Made by a program: the position numbers and the translations under genes
Source of the DNA: Minisyncoccota bacterium
GTDB taxonomy: Bacteria > Patescibacteriota > Minisyncoccia > Phycocordibacterales > Phycocordibacteraceae
DNA length: 64,000 bases
NCBI GenBank assembly: GCA_035627655.1
Contig: DASPLI010000001.1
Location: 24,265 to 88,264, forward strand
Direction: 5' to 3'
Notes under the pieces: model-generated
What the model saw: the letters and a program-made list of their open reading frames with translations, nothing else
What the model was told of the DNA's origin: nothing
Database searches by the model: none
In this document: positions 35,965-45,857 of the stretch, piece after piece
Layout of the letters: each line of letters starts with the position of its first letter
Position numbering within the stretch: the first letter of the stretch is position 1

Positions 35965-38900
35965 TTAGAAGTTTGCCGTCTGGGCACCAAAGATCTTCAG
36001 GGTCGACGTCGCCTGCGTTGCCACAAAGCTCCAGATATCGCACTTATTCGCGGTGGTCGTCTGCGTCGGAGCCGTACCGCCCGGCCAGAGAATCTGTGTG
36101 CTCCAGGAGATAGCACCCGCGGTTGCGCCCGGGTTACAGACGGTCAACACGAGCTTCTGGCCTTGGATATAGCCCGAGAAGCTGATCGTCGTTGCAGAGG
36201 TGCCAAGACGCACCAACTGCTGGTTACCGTTACGCCAGTCGATGGTCATTGATGTTGAGGTCGCCAGCGTGTTTTCTGCCGCGACAATTGCGCTTCCAGA
36301 CGCAACCGAAAGGCCCGCCCACGGCGTTGACGTTCCAACGCCAATGGCAGTATCCGCAATGATGTTACCGACGCCCGCAGGAGTGCCGGAACAACCCCCA
36401 GAACAGACCCAGAGGTTTTCATTCCCGAGAATGACGTCATTACCTGAAGGATCTAGGTTGAAGTCGCCATTCGTGTCGGTTAGGAACTGTGTGTACCGGG
36501 TTCCGTCGTATGCGATCGCCACTTGAGCAGTTGAGACAGCGTCCGTAAGTGAGAGTTTCCGAGATGGTGTTGATGTGCTGAGGCCAAGACCGACGTTTGT
36601 AAGTGACATGTACTCCGTACCACCAGACGCAGAGGTGCCGCCAATGCGCCATCGGTACTGTCCACCAGACCAATTAGTGAGTGATCCGCTTTCAATACCA
36701 ACGCCGTATGAGTTAGAGAAGAGGTAGATCTTATCTGCAACCTCATCGGCAAAGTCGAGCTGGATGCCAGCGCCAAGGGTAAGATCACCGCCAGATGCGA
36801 CTGAGAGCGTTGCACCTGAAGCTCCAATTTGGAGCGTACCGTCCATACGAACAATCCCGCCACCTGTATAAATACCGCTCGTAAAGGCGCCTGTTGGATT
36901 GAGGCGTAGCCAGCTGTCGTCGTACTGGATAACTGTCTTTGCATCGCCGTAATAATAGGTACCACTTGCATAGATATCACTTGAGGCCTGGATGGTTCCT
37001 GTTGTTGTGTTGAGCATACCAACACCCAGACCACCCGTAAGGTAACCGCTACCACCAACCGAGAGCAAAGTTGCAGGGCTGGTAGTACCGATACCGACGC
37101 TTCCAGACGTGTTTATGGTAAGGAATGGGTTGCTGCCAATCGTTGTTCCGTCTCCGATCTGGAAGAGGTCGTCGTCATCGCCATCATTTTCTGTAACTAG
37201 ACCAAGCCAGTAGTCCGTATCTGCACGGGCTCCAAGAATGTCCGCGAGAATGATGCCAAAGTCACCTCCAAGTGAATTGGCTATTTCGAGACTGCCGTCA
37301 GTGATTTGCACTTTTGCTTCTGGAGTTGTGGTACCAATGCCAATGTTTCCGCTCGTCGCCATAAAGAGGCTTGATGTCGCTGTCAGCGTTGTGCCGTTTG
37401 CGGCATAGTACGGGAATTGACCGGTCGTACCCGAGCCGACCGTACCCGAGCCACTACCTCCCCCTACGCACGTGCCGCCAATTGCGAAACAGCCCGCCGC
37501 CAAGTTGATACCGCCCGTGCTGTAGAACGTTGTCGTGGCAGTAGTGAAGTTCGCGATACCATTGAGAGAAAGCAGGGACCCTGGAGTGGTGGTTCCTATA
37601 CCAAGATAGCCGTTTGGATCAAGCACCATCCGGGCAGCCCACGTTGCTCCCGAAGCAATGCCAAAGCGAATACCGCCGCCGTTCCCCAGTCCGTTTGTGT
37701 TTGGGTTAAAGCCCGATACGATATCCAACGAGTCATTTGACGAGCTGTATGCGATCCACGGACCGTGATTGGTGGTGGAGGTGTACTGCTCAAAGACAAG
37801 TCGGTTCTGGCCCTCAATCATCACATAACCATTCACGTCGAGTTTCGTGCTTGGGGTCGTGGTACCAATACCGACGTTTCCTCCCGTAGTAGCAAGGTAG
37901 GTACTTTCAGTGGTTGTCAGCTGTGTCGTTGAAGCGTTTCCGGTAACGGTGAGGAGTGAGCCATCAAAGGTAAGATTTGCTTCCGCGCTAAGAGCACTCG
38001 TTCCGTTACCAGTAAGAATCCGGTTATCGGTAAAGGAGGCTGCTCCTGTACCCCCGCCTGCAACGGTAAGTGTTCCAGAGAGCGACGGCGTAAACGTGAG
38101 TGTGTCACCAGAACCGGCAATAGTAATTGCGGTCGTGAGGCCGTTGAACGAGCCGGTCGAAGTCGCGAAGGTTACGGTCGGTCCGTCAGCAGTCTGCCCC
38201 GTCGGGCCGATTGCCGTGACAGCGTTCGTCAACAACCCAAGCGATGAGGTTGCAATGTCCGCCCATGCTGAGCCGTTCCAATACAAGAGATCGCCGTAAT
38301 TTTCCGTCATTGCCGCAACATCTGATAGATCCTCTATCGAGTTGTTTGTGAGGTCGTCGTCAGCGAGCGCGCCATCATTATTCGTAAAGACATTAGTGAC
38401 ATCCGTTAGCAGTGCCTCCAGTTCGCTCTCAGTATCAGTTTCTGCCTCAAGCAAGAACGTCGAAGAAGCGGTCCAGGTCGGCACACCATTGAGGAGCGCG
38501 AGTATATTCCCTGCCGTGCCAGCAGAGGTTGTCGCAAGCGCGCTAGAGCCATTTCCATATAGGAGAGCGCCTGACTGCACCGCTGCCCATCCGGTACCGC
38601 CGTTCCCTACCGGCAAGATGCCGGTAACTTCGCTTGCCAGATCTACTGCGATTCCGAGAGTTGTGGTGAGAGTTGAACCGGAGAGCGCGAGTCCAGTACC
38701 GACTAGATCGGTAAAGTAGTCGTCGCCGATCGAGAAATTCATGATCGACGCATTCGGGAGGGTCGAGGTCGCCGCCATCGAGGTGGCTGTGAAGTATTCG
38801 GCGACAGCCTGCCCTACTACCGAAAGCGGTGCGTAGGGACTTGTGGTGCCGATGCCGACGTTACCCGAAAAGTAGCCGAGGCCGCTCGCGTAAAGCTGGA

Positions 38901-41900
38901 TGTTCGCGCTCCCTTGCGTCGTGTTGCCAAGCCAGAGATCGTCGCCTGCGCCGGAAGTGAAAATGTCTTGGTTCGCACGAATGTCGCCGCCAGTGAGGTT
39001 TGACGAGACGGTGAGATTAGTTGCATTTACCGTTCCCGTGAACGTGGGTCCTGCCGAGAATACGAGAGAGCCTGTGCCGGTTTCGTCTGTTACCGCACTC
39101 GCGAGGTTTGCGGACGAGGGCGTTTCAAGGAATGCCGCGACGCCAGTCCCAAGACCCGAGACGCCGGTCGAGATCGGAAGGCCAGTAGCATCTGCGAGGT
39201 TGAAGGCGGGGGTAGCGTCGCTCCCGCCAAGAGAGAGCGTCACACCGCCATAAGAAATGGTCGAATTGGTCAAACCGGCGTTATCCAGCGTACCCGACAA
39301 GGACGGGGCAAAAGTCAGCGTATCTCCGGAACCAGTGATCGTAAGCCCGGTCGTGAGGCCGTTGAAAGAACCAGTTGAGGTTGCGAACGTCACTGTCGGA
39401 CCGTCCGCTGTCTGCCCAGCCGGGCCGATTGCCGTGATCGCACTCGTCACGATACCGAGTGACGAGGTCGCGATATCTGTCCAAGCACTACCATTCCAAT
39501 AGAGAAGGTCGCCGAAGTTCTTCGTCATTGTCGCGACGTCAGACAGGTCTTCTAGCGAGTTGTTGGTTAGGTCATCATCAGCAAGTGTGCCGTCGTTATT
39601 AGTGAAAACGTTGGTTACGTCTGCAAGCAGCGCTTCGAGTTCGGATTCGGAGTCGGCTTCACTCTCAAGCAGGAAAGTGGACGAAGCGGTCCACGTCGGT
39701 ACGCCATTGAGGAGTGCGAGTATATTCCCTGCAGTTCCCGCCGTCGTCGTTGCAAGCGCGCCGGTACCATTGCCGTAGAGAAGCGTGCCCGACTGTATAG
39801 ATCCCCATCCAGTACCTCCGTTCGATACGGAGAGCACTCCAGACACTTCTGACGCCAAATCAATGGTAGTTCCAAGTGTGGTCGTAAGCGTAGAACCCGA
39901 GAGTGCGAGTCCAGTTCCGACAAAGTCAGTGATGAAATCGCCGCCGATTGAAAGCCGAGAGAGCGAGAGGTTTGGCAGTGTGGAGGTCGCCGTTGTTGAT
40001 GTTGCAGTATATATAGGAGCGTTTATACCGCCATAGACGGTCGTGAGTCCGTTGATTATGGCGTTGCCAGCAACCGAGAGAAGCGCGCCAGGGCTGGTAG
40101 TACCGATACCGACAACGTTTGAGAAGTATGAGCGACCAAATACTTCTAGAATGCTGTTGGACGTCGTGGTTGCGCTATTGCCAACGATCACGACATTGGT
40201 TGTATCTGTCGGGTAAATCGCGAGACTGTCGGATGTCGTTGCCCAAGCCCCTGCACCACCTCCACCACCAGAGGTAAGGTCACTACCCCAGGCAGGCAGA
40301 CCACCAGAAACCTTCAGCACTTGTCCTGCGCTCCCGATTCCCAACTTTGCTAGGTTTCCGCCTGCATCTGCATACAGAATGTCTCCTTGCGTATAGCTAG
40401 TAAGACCGGTGCCTCCCTGACCTACACCCAGAGTCCCGCTCGTATCAGAAAGCGCGACGCCGAGCGTTGACGTTGCTCGCGACTCCCAGGTACTTCCTGT
40501 CCAAGAAAGAATGTTCCCGTATGCAGTGCCTCCAATATGCGGAATGGTTGAGGACCCACTAATATACGAACCGACCGCTGAGTTGAAATCAGAAATCGTA
40601 GAGGCAAGCTGCGTTCCGGTGTGATTTGCGCGCGCAAGATAGTAGCTTCCCTCTTGCCCATCAAGCGTTCCGGTCCAGTCTCCTGTCGCGTTCAATGTAA
40701 GAATGCCGCCGCTATTTTGGAGACCGGCGCCGGTAAGGTCGGTAAAGGTTTCCGAGTTGATACCGAGCGCCGTTGTCGTAGCGTTCGTCGTCGAGGCATT
40801 TGTCGCAAAGAGCGAGCTGAATATATTGTGCGCGCCCCAGGTATTAGCCGTGGTGGTGCCAAACGCAAGAGAGATGGTATTGCTTGAGCGAATGAGTGGA
40901 TACGTAAACGATAAGACGTTTTCGTAATCCGTTCCTGCAACAGCAGTAGACACTACCCCAGACGCCGCTTTCAAGATGCCGGTAAAGGTTCCTACGGATA
41001 GGTTGCCGAAGAAACCTGATGTTGACGACGCGTATGAGGAGGAGAAATTAGTGGTAGACGCATTGGTTACAGTAAGACGATCATTGGTTGCGTCATATGT
41101 AAACCCAGAATCTCCTGCAAAAAGACCGCCGTTATTGAACTGCACTTGTGTGTTCGCGCCGCCTGGAGAACCAGAGCCAGCACCAATACCAAGTGATGAG
41201 GTTGCAAGCAGTGTGTATCCGCCAAGACCATCTCCAACAAGCAGCTCTCCGTACGCAGGAGCGGTTGTAACGCCAGTACCGCCGTTTGCGATACCGAGCG
41301 TTCCGCCGAGAGTAAACGTTCCCGTAGATGTCACTGGACCCCCCGTAAACGTAAACCCAGTGGTGCCACCAGAAATATCTACCGAGGTGACAGATCCTGA
41401 GCCACCACCACCGGAAGAGTCGTTGCTCTCGTCGATGCTGTCATATATATCGTTTGAGACCTGTCGGCGCAGCTGAGCGAGTCGCAGCTCAAGATAGTCA
41501 AACGATACTCCCGTGAAGGTGAGGTAGTTGTTTACGTTTGTAATTGCAGGCGCGGATGAAGTCACTGCAACAGGTGCTGGAGATGAGACAGTGGTTGAGT
41601 TATTTGGAGCAGGCAGAACAGACGGCGGAGTAGAAGGAGGAAGAACAGTAATCTGTGTAGGAGTAAACAGTGAAGCAATAGCGGTGCCTGCTCCTTCAAA
41701 GAGGCCATTTATATATAGGTATGTATTCAGTGCGAGCTGCTCGCCCATTTGCTGCAGAGATCCGGCGAAGCCAGAGGAGTTTGCAGCTGCTAGTGCCACT
41801 TCTAGATTTGGAGAATCTTCAGCAATCTCACTCTCAAGAATGGTGAGCGACTCGGGAACGTCTCGATTGGTTGTCGTTGATTGGTTTTCGGAAGTACTTG

Positions 41901-43074
41901 CCCCTTGTACCTTAGAACCGCTGGCAATTACGGACGCGACAAGGTTGGGCGGTAAGATGCCCGAGAACGTGAGTTCTTGCTCCATAACCTTAGCCCCTGT
42001 GCCAGAGGCAATGGAGTAAGACGAGTTCGAAACCGGAGGCTTATCCAAAGCTTCTACAACAACCACTTCCTCTGGAGCTGCGAGGAGCGTTGCAACACTT
42101 GCAAGATTCTCATTGCCAATCGCAAGACGCGCAGAGAATGCATCAGCAAAACGTGTGCGTGTAGTTTCGTATGTAAGCGCAGCGTTACCAACTAGCGCAA
42201 GCGCTTTGTCTTCAACAACATCACCAATCAGTACGCCGAGTGCAATTTGCCGTTCCGACTCAGCCTCAACCAAACTTGATGTTCTGTTCACCCAAGCCTC
42301 GACACCTTTATTATATGAATATGCAATTTGTGTTGGTGCGCTGTTAGTAATCTGCATTGCGCCGTCACCAAGGCCGTACAAAGCCGCAAGCGAATACCCC
42401 ATTACCTCATTAGTAAACGAGCTCCAGACAGCAAATAGATTTCCTGCCGGAGTGCTGTTTGCTAAATCGCGTGTAGCAACCCCAACGACAAGCACTGCGT
42501 CTCCGGTTGTATACACCTGCTCAAGATATTCCTGTAGGCCAGCATCAAGGACATGGAGGTATTCTTCCCCAATAAGTCGATAGGTAGTATCAAGCGACGA
42601 TGCCAATACTCTTCCAGAATTGAGAGCAAGGGCACTCTGGTCAGCGCCGATTTCTCTAATATTTGCAACGATAAAATTCGAGGACGACTCAATGACTTTT
42701 GTTTGTCCGATGAGTAGTCCCCCCGTAACTATAAGAATTGCACTCAGAGCTGCAGTTGCCTGTGAAGGTGCGAAGTACGGTGAAGGAACACTTCGAGATT
42801 TCTTTGCACTAACTGTCGGCTTACTTACAACCTGTGCAGCTCGATATTCTTTTTCGCGAAGGCGCGAAAGTTCTTGAGCGTTTTTCTTCTTTTGTAGATC
42901 TTGGTTGGCGACAAATCTAAGAAGTGAGGCACGATTTATTAACCAAGTCCTTCCAACTCTTGTTCCGTTGATTGCACCGGTACGACAAAGACGTGCAAGG
43001 TAGTCTGAATGGTACCCAGAAAGCTCTGATGCTTCTTTGCTCGATATATATTTTTTATCAAGGAGAGGGTCCAT
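35965..43074 (-). CDS. Giant (2369 aa) HTH-TM-tail-fibre-like surface protein
   Basis: N-terminal YISSKEASELSGYHSDYLARLCRTGAINGTRVGRTWLI (excisionase/MerR-like HTH); TM at about aa 107-124; repeated G(N/S)VGIGTT(S/T)P and GGTG fibre motifs; C-terminal IDWRNGN..WPGGTAP..DIWSF domain. Confidence 0.85.
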   Translation of the reverse strand: MDPLLDKKYISSKEASELSGYHSDYLARLCRTGAINGTRVGRTWLINRASLLRFVANQDLQKKKNAQELSRLREKEYRAAQVVSKPTVSAKKSRSVPSPYFAPSQATAALSAILIVTGGLLIGQTKVIESSSNFIVANIREIGADQSALALNSGRVLASSLDTTYRLIGEEYLHVLDAGLQEYLEQVYTTGDAVLVVGVATRDLANSTPAGNLFAVWSSFTNEVMGYSLAALYGLGDGAMQITNSAPTQIAYSYNKGVEAWVNRTSSLVEAESERQIALGVLIGDVVEDKALALVGNAALTYETTRTRFADAFSARLAIGNENLASVATLLAAPEEVVVVEALDKPPVSNSSYSIASGTGAKVMEQELTFSGILPPNLVASVIASGSKVQGASTSENQSTTTNRDVPESLTILESEIAEDSPNLEVALAAANSSGFAGSLQQMGEQLALNTYLYINGLFEGAGTAIASLFTPTQITVLPPSTPPSVLPAPNNSTTVSSPAPVAVTSSAPAITNVNNYLTFTGVSFDYLELRLAQLRRQVSNDIYDSIDESNDSSGGGGSGSVTSVDISGGTTGFTFTGGPVTSTGTFTLGGTLGIANGGTGVTTAPAYGELLVGDGLGGYTLLATSSLGIGAGSGSPGGANTQVQFNNGGLFAGDSGFTYDATNDRLTVTNASTTNFSSSYASSTSGFFGNLSVGTFTGILKAASGVVSTAVAGTDYENVLSFTYPLIRSSNTISLAFGTTTANTWGAHNIFSSLFATNASTTNATTTALGINSETFTDLTGAGLQNSGGILTLNATGDWTGTLDGQEGSYYLARANHTGTQLASTISDFNSAVGSYISGSSTIPHIGGTAYGNILSWTGSTWESRATSTLGVALSDTSGTLGVGQGGTGLTSYTQGDILYADAGGNLAKLGIGSAGQVLKVSGGLPAWGSDLTSGGGGGAGAWATTSDSLAIYPTDTTNVVIVGNSATTTSNSILEVFGRSYFSNVVGIGTTSPGALLSVAGNAIINGLTTVYGGINAPIYTATSTTATSTLPNLSLSRLSIGGDFITDFVGTGLALSGSTLTTTLGTTIDLASEVSGVLSVSNGGTGWGSIQSGTLLYGNGTGALATTTAGTAGNILALLNGVPTWTASSTFLLESEADSESELEALLADVTNVFTNNDGTLADDDLTNNSLEDLSDVATMTKNFGDLLYWNGSAWTDIATSSLGIVTSAITAIGPAGQTADGPTVTFATSTGSFNGLTTGLTITGSGDTLTFAPSLSGTLDNAGLTNSTISYGGVTLSLGGSDATPAFNLADATGLPISTGVSGLGTGVAAFLETPSSANLASAVTDETGTGSLVFSAGPTFTGTVNATNLTVSSNLTGGDIRANQDIFTSGAGDDLWLGNTTQGSANIQLYASGLGYFSGNVGIGTTSPYAPLSVVGQAVAEYFTATSMAATSTLPNASIMNFSIGDDYFTDLVGTGLALSGSTLTTTLGIAVDLASEVTGILPVGNGGTGWAAVQSGALLYGNGSSALATTSAGTAGNILALLNGVPTWTASSTFLLEAETDTESELEALLTDVTNVFTNNDGALADDDLTNNSIEDLSDVAAMTENYGDLLYWNGSAWADIATSSLGLLTNAVTAIGPTGQTADGPTVTFATSTGSFNGLTTAITIAGSGDTLTFTPSLSGTLTVAGGGTGAASFTDNRILTGNGTSALSAEANLTFDGSLLTVTGNASTTQLTTTESTYLATTGGNVGIGTTTPSTKLDVNGYVMIEGQNRLVFEQYTSTTNHGPWIAYSSSNDSLDIVSGFNPNTNGLGNGGGIRFGIASGATWAARMVLDPNGYLGIGTTTPGSLLSLNGIANFTTATTTFYSTGGINLAAGCFAIGGTCVGGGSGSGTVGSGTTGQFPYYAANGTTLTATSSLFMATSGNIGIGTTTPEAKVQITDGSLEIANSLGGDFGIILADILGARADTDYWLGLVTENDGDDDDLFQIGDGTTIGSNPFLTINTSGSVGIGTTSPATLLSVGGSGYLTGGLGVGMLNTTTGTIQASSDIYASGTYYYGDAKTVIQYDDSWLRLNPTGAFTSGIYTGGGIVRMDGTLQIGASGATLSVASGGDLTLGAGIQLDFADEVADKIYLFSNSYGVGIESGSLTNWSGGQYRWRIGGTSASGGTEYMSLTNVGLGLSTSTPSRKLSLTDAVSTAQVAIAYDGTRYTQFLTDTNGDFNLDPSGNDVILGNENLWVCSGGCSGTPAGVGNIIADTAIGVGTSTPWAGLSVASGSAIVAAENTLATSTSMTIDWRNGNQQLVRLGTSATTISFSGYIQGQKLVLTVCNPGATAGAISWSTQILWPGGTAPTQTTTANKCDIWSFVATQATSTLKIFGAQTANF
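38068..39990 (-). repeat. Internal duplication of about 235 aa (copies 39286-39990 and 38068-38772, offset 1218 nt)
   Basis: Both copies share AGTAGNILALLNGVPTWTASSTFLLE, VTNVFTNNDG, GDLLYWNGSAW and GQTADGPTVTFATSTGSFNGLTT. Confidence 0.9.
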
Positions 43075-43430
43075 GTCGGATAACCGAAGTAATTAGATTC
43101 TACAATCTAAAATCGTGATTCATATAAAAAATATTTGTGGATAGTGAATGAAATAAATTTAAAAGATTTACAACGTCTTGTATGAATCAAAGAATTAATT
43201 CTTGATGGGGTTATGCTTTTCGCAAGTTGCAAGAAAGTGCCTCTAGATTTGAAGTAAAAAGTTAGCGAATTAGTTGTTTAGATATGTTCTCTCTCGGTAA
43301 ACGAAAAAGCTAAAATATAAAACATATTTCATCTCGCCAAAAAGAGAGTACGTGATGCAAATGTCGAAGAAAAGCTATACCGAGGTTCAATGCTTGCGTT
43401 TTTGACCGTTGAACTCAGCACTGTATGCAA
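43075..43430. promoter_or_regulatory. AT-rich regulatory region upstream of the giant gene
   Basis: Minus-strand TAGAAT (43097-43102) lies inside the inverted repeat TTAGATT-ctac-AATCTAA; AAGAATTAATTCTT palindrome; one-mismatch DnaA-like box at 43136-43144. Confidence 0.55.
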
Positions 43431-43462
43431 AAAAATCTCGTCCTGAAACGAGATTCTTTTTT
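43429..43462. terminator. Intrinsic terminator after the 275-aa HTH gene
   Basis: aatctcgt-cctgaa-acgagatt flanked by A and T tracts. Confidence 0.7.
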
Positions 43463-43492
43463 ATACGAGACGAGAAACGCTTTATTTACTTA

Positions 43493-44320
43493 TTATTCTA
43501 TATGACTTACCCCACCAAAGAAGTTCAACAAGACGGCCGCACCACCTCCTTCGTTAGTAAAGCGGTCGGCAAGCCCAGAACCTATGACAGCAACACTAAC
43601 GAAGATAAGCATTGCACTCAGGAGCGCCGCTTTCATGACAAGGTTGCTCTCTTGTGGAGTCCTTCTCTGACCATAAGGAGAACGTGCAGCCGCCTGCGGG
43701 GCCGCTTGTACCTGTTTAGGCTGCATATCCTGAATAATGTGGAGTGGCACCGCCTTCTCTTCCTTAGCCGGTTCTGAATCGATAACCTGCTCAGTTTTAT
43801 CCTTCGCCACCTCCTCCTCTTTTACTTCTTCAACTCCATCTTCAAGAGGCAGCTCCTGTGCGTCAGCAGGTTTAGAAAACCAGCTCTCCCACTCTTTGTT
43901 TTCTTCTTCATGTTTCTCTCCCACAACATCTTCAGTTGTAGGTGATACAGAGACCTCTTCGACTTCTTCCGTTGTACTTTCTGTAACCTCCTCCAATACC
44001 TGCTCCTCCTCTCTTAGTTGAGGAAGCGGAGCAATTTCTTCAGGGGTGTAAATCGGTGCTTCCCATGTGGCTTCAATATTAGTTTTTTCGGTTATGTCTT
44101 CCTCTTTGGTTTCTACAATCTCGTCTTCACGAGCCCCCTCTTCGTCAAACCGATGCTTACGTAGGGACGGCTCGTGAACATACCAACTCCTTCCAATGAG
44201 ACGAGCTTCTACTCGCCCCTCTCGGCACAATTGGCCAATGTAGTCTTTAGCGTAGCCAGCAATTGCAGCAGCACGCTTTGACGAGATGTAAGTCTTTCCG
44301 TCGATTGTTATTTCGTCCAT
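43493..44320 (-). CDS. HTH (excisionase/MerR-like) protein with acidic linker and C-terminal TM
   Basis: YISSKRAAAIAGYAKDYIGQLCREGRVEARLIGRSWYV; Glu-rich linker; TM LVMKAALLSAMLIFVSVAVIG. Confidence 0.8.
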   Translation of the reverse strand: MDEITIDGKTYISSKRAAAIAGYAKDYIGQLCREGRVEARLIGRSWYVHEPSLRKHRFDEEGAREDEIVETKEEDITEKTNIEATWEAPIYTPEEIAPLPQLREEEQVLEEVTESTTEEVEEVSVSPTTEDVVGEKHEEENKEWESWFSKPADAQELPLEDGVEEVKEEEVAKDKTEQVIDSEPAKEEKAVPLHIIQDMQPKQVQAAPQAAARSPYGQRRTPQESNLVMKAALLSAMLIFVSVAVIGSGLADRFTNEGGGAAVLLNFFGGVSHIE

Positions 44321-44361
44321 TGGCTAGAATTATAGCCGTTTTTAATCTCGGATAAAAGAGG

Positions 44362-44391
44362 TATGCACAGAATCTCTGGGTTCTGTGCATA
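44362..44391. terminator. Inverted repeat after gatB (terminator or operator)
   Basis: tatgcacagaa-tctctggg-ttctgtgcata. Confidence 0.5.
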
Positions 44392-44409
44392 TACAAGGTT
44401 ATTTGGCTC

Positions 44410-45825
44410 TTATTTGGCTACCTCTTCGAGAATAAGCTCTTGAAGTAACGCAGGGTTCCCAGCACCCTTAGTGACCTTCATAGCCTGACCTACTAGGTAT
44501 TTGAGAGCTACCTCTTTCCCCTTTCGGTAATCCTCTACAACACCTGCCTGCTCTTGCAGCATTTCCTGCACGATAGGACGTAGAGACTCCCGATCACTGA
44601 CCTGGGCTAGACCTCGGGCTTCAACTACAGCCTCTGGCGTCCCCCCCTCTTGTGCAAGAACGAGAAGTGCATCTTTTGCTCCACGTGAGGAGAGTTTATT
44701 CTCGGCCAACATGCGTACGAGTCCTGCGAGTGCTTCGGGAGAGATTTTCTCGTACTCAGACGTGCCGCTCTTGGCGTAGTAGCCAGCGAGATCTGAAGTG
44801 ATGTAGTTTGCCGCAAGCTGAGCAAGACGTTCACTGTTCTCAAGCACACGAAGCACAGCATCGAAGAAGTTGCTGCGAACTATTGAACTACCGAGAAAAA
44901 GAGAATCTTCTCGTTTGATTCCGAGTGCCTCATACCGAGCACGGCGTTCCCACGGCAACTCCGGCAATGAGGCTCGCAGTTCTTCTGCTGAGAATTCGGG
45001 TATTTCTGACAGTTTCATTTTCGGTAGGTCAGGTTCCGGGAAATACCGATAATCTGCACTACCCTCTTTAAAGCGTTGGTGGAACGTTTCTTGTTTTGCC
45101 TCATTCCAGCCACGCGTCTCTTGCACTACCGCCCCACCAGAACGCAGGAGTTCCGCTTGGCGCTTAACCTCGTACTCGATCGCTCGTTCAACAGAACGGA
45201 AGGAGTTAAGATTCTTGACTTCAACTTTCGTTCCAAATGAGTCTGTATTAGAAACAGATATGTTTGCTTCAATGCGCATCTCTCCTTTTTCAAGATTTGC
45301 ATCAGATACGCCAAGAGTACGAAGGAGAAGCTGCAACTCACGCGCAAAGTCACCTGCAGTCTTTGCATCATGTATAACAGGCTCTGTAACAAGTTCCATG
45401 AGCGGTACACCTGCACGATTGAAATCAACGAGTGACTTACCGCCGTGGTGGGTTGATCGGGCAGTGTCTTCTTCCAAGTGCACGCGAGTAATCGCTACAT
45501 CATTGAGTAACCCGCCACTCACCAGCGGATGCTGATACTGACTAATCTGATATCCCTTTGGAATATCAGGATAGAAGTAGCTCTTACGATCAAATTCACT
45601 GTAGTCTGCAAGTGTACCGCCAAGCGCAGTTCCCACTCGCAGCACGTGCCGCACCGCTTCCTTATTGATTGTAGGAAGTGTTCCGGGGTGCGCCAAGCAG
45701 GTCGGGCAAATATGTACGTTTGGTTCTTTTTCGTCCGGATCATTCCGAGACTCGCAGAACATTTTGGCCTTCGTCTTGAGTTCCGCATGGATCTCAAGCC
45801 CTATGGTCGGGACGTACTCCTTCAT
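44410..45825 (-). CDS. gatB: Asp/Glu-tRNA amidotransferase subunit B
   Basis: IGLEIHAEL, FDRKSYFYPD, HLEED, NRAGVPLMELVTEP, EVKNLNSF, DYRYFPEPDLP. Confidence 0.96.
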   Translation of the reverse strand: MKEYVPTIGLEIHAELKTKAKMFCESRNDPDEKEPNVHICPTCLAHPGTLPTINKEAVRHVLRVGTALGGTLADYSEFDRKSYFYPDIPKGYQISQYQHPLVSGGLLNDVAITRVHLEEDTARSTHHGGKSLVDFNRAGVPLMELVTEPVIHDAKTAGDFARELQLLLRTLGVSDANLEKGEMRIEANISVSNTDSFGTKVEVKNLNSFRSVERAIEYEVKRQAELLRSGGAVVQETRGWNEAKQETFHQRFKEGSADYRYFPEPDLPKMKLSEIPEFSAEELRASLPELPWERRARYEALGIKREDSLFLGSSIVRSNFFDAVLRVLENSERLAQLAANYITSDLAGYYAKSGTSEYEKISPEALAGLVRMLAENKLSSRGAKDALLVLAQEGGTPEAVVEARGLAQVSDRESLRPIVQEMLQEQAGVVEDYRKGKEVALKYLVGQAMKVTKGAGNPALLQELILEEVAK

Positions 45826-45857
45826 GGAGCTGAGTGTACACTAGTGCGTCCTGGAGG

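Noticed and set aside
38068-39990. Repeat pair as a diversity-generating retroelement TR/VR
   Set aside because: Both copies are in-frame in one gene, differences are not adenine-specific, and no reverse transcriptase is present.
35965-43074. Prophage interpretation of the tail-fibre-like and excisionase-like sequences
   Set aside because: No capsid, terminase, portal, integrase or lysis genes; the region is flanked by housekeeping genes.
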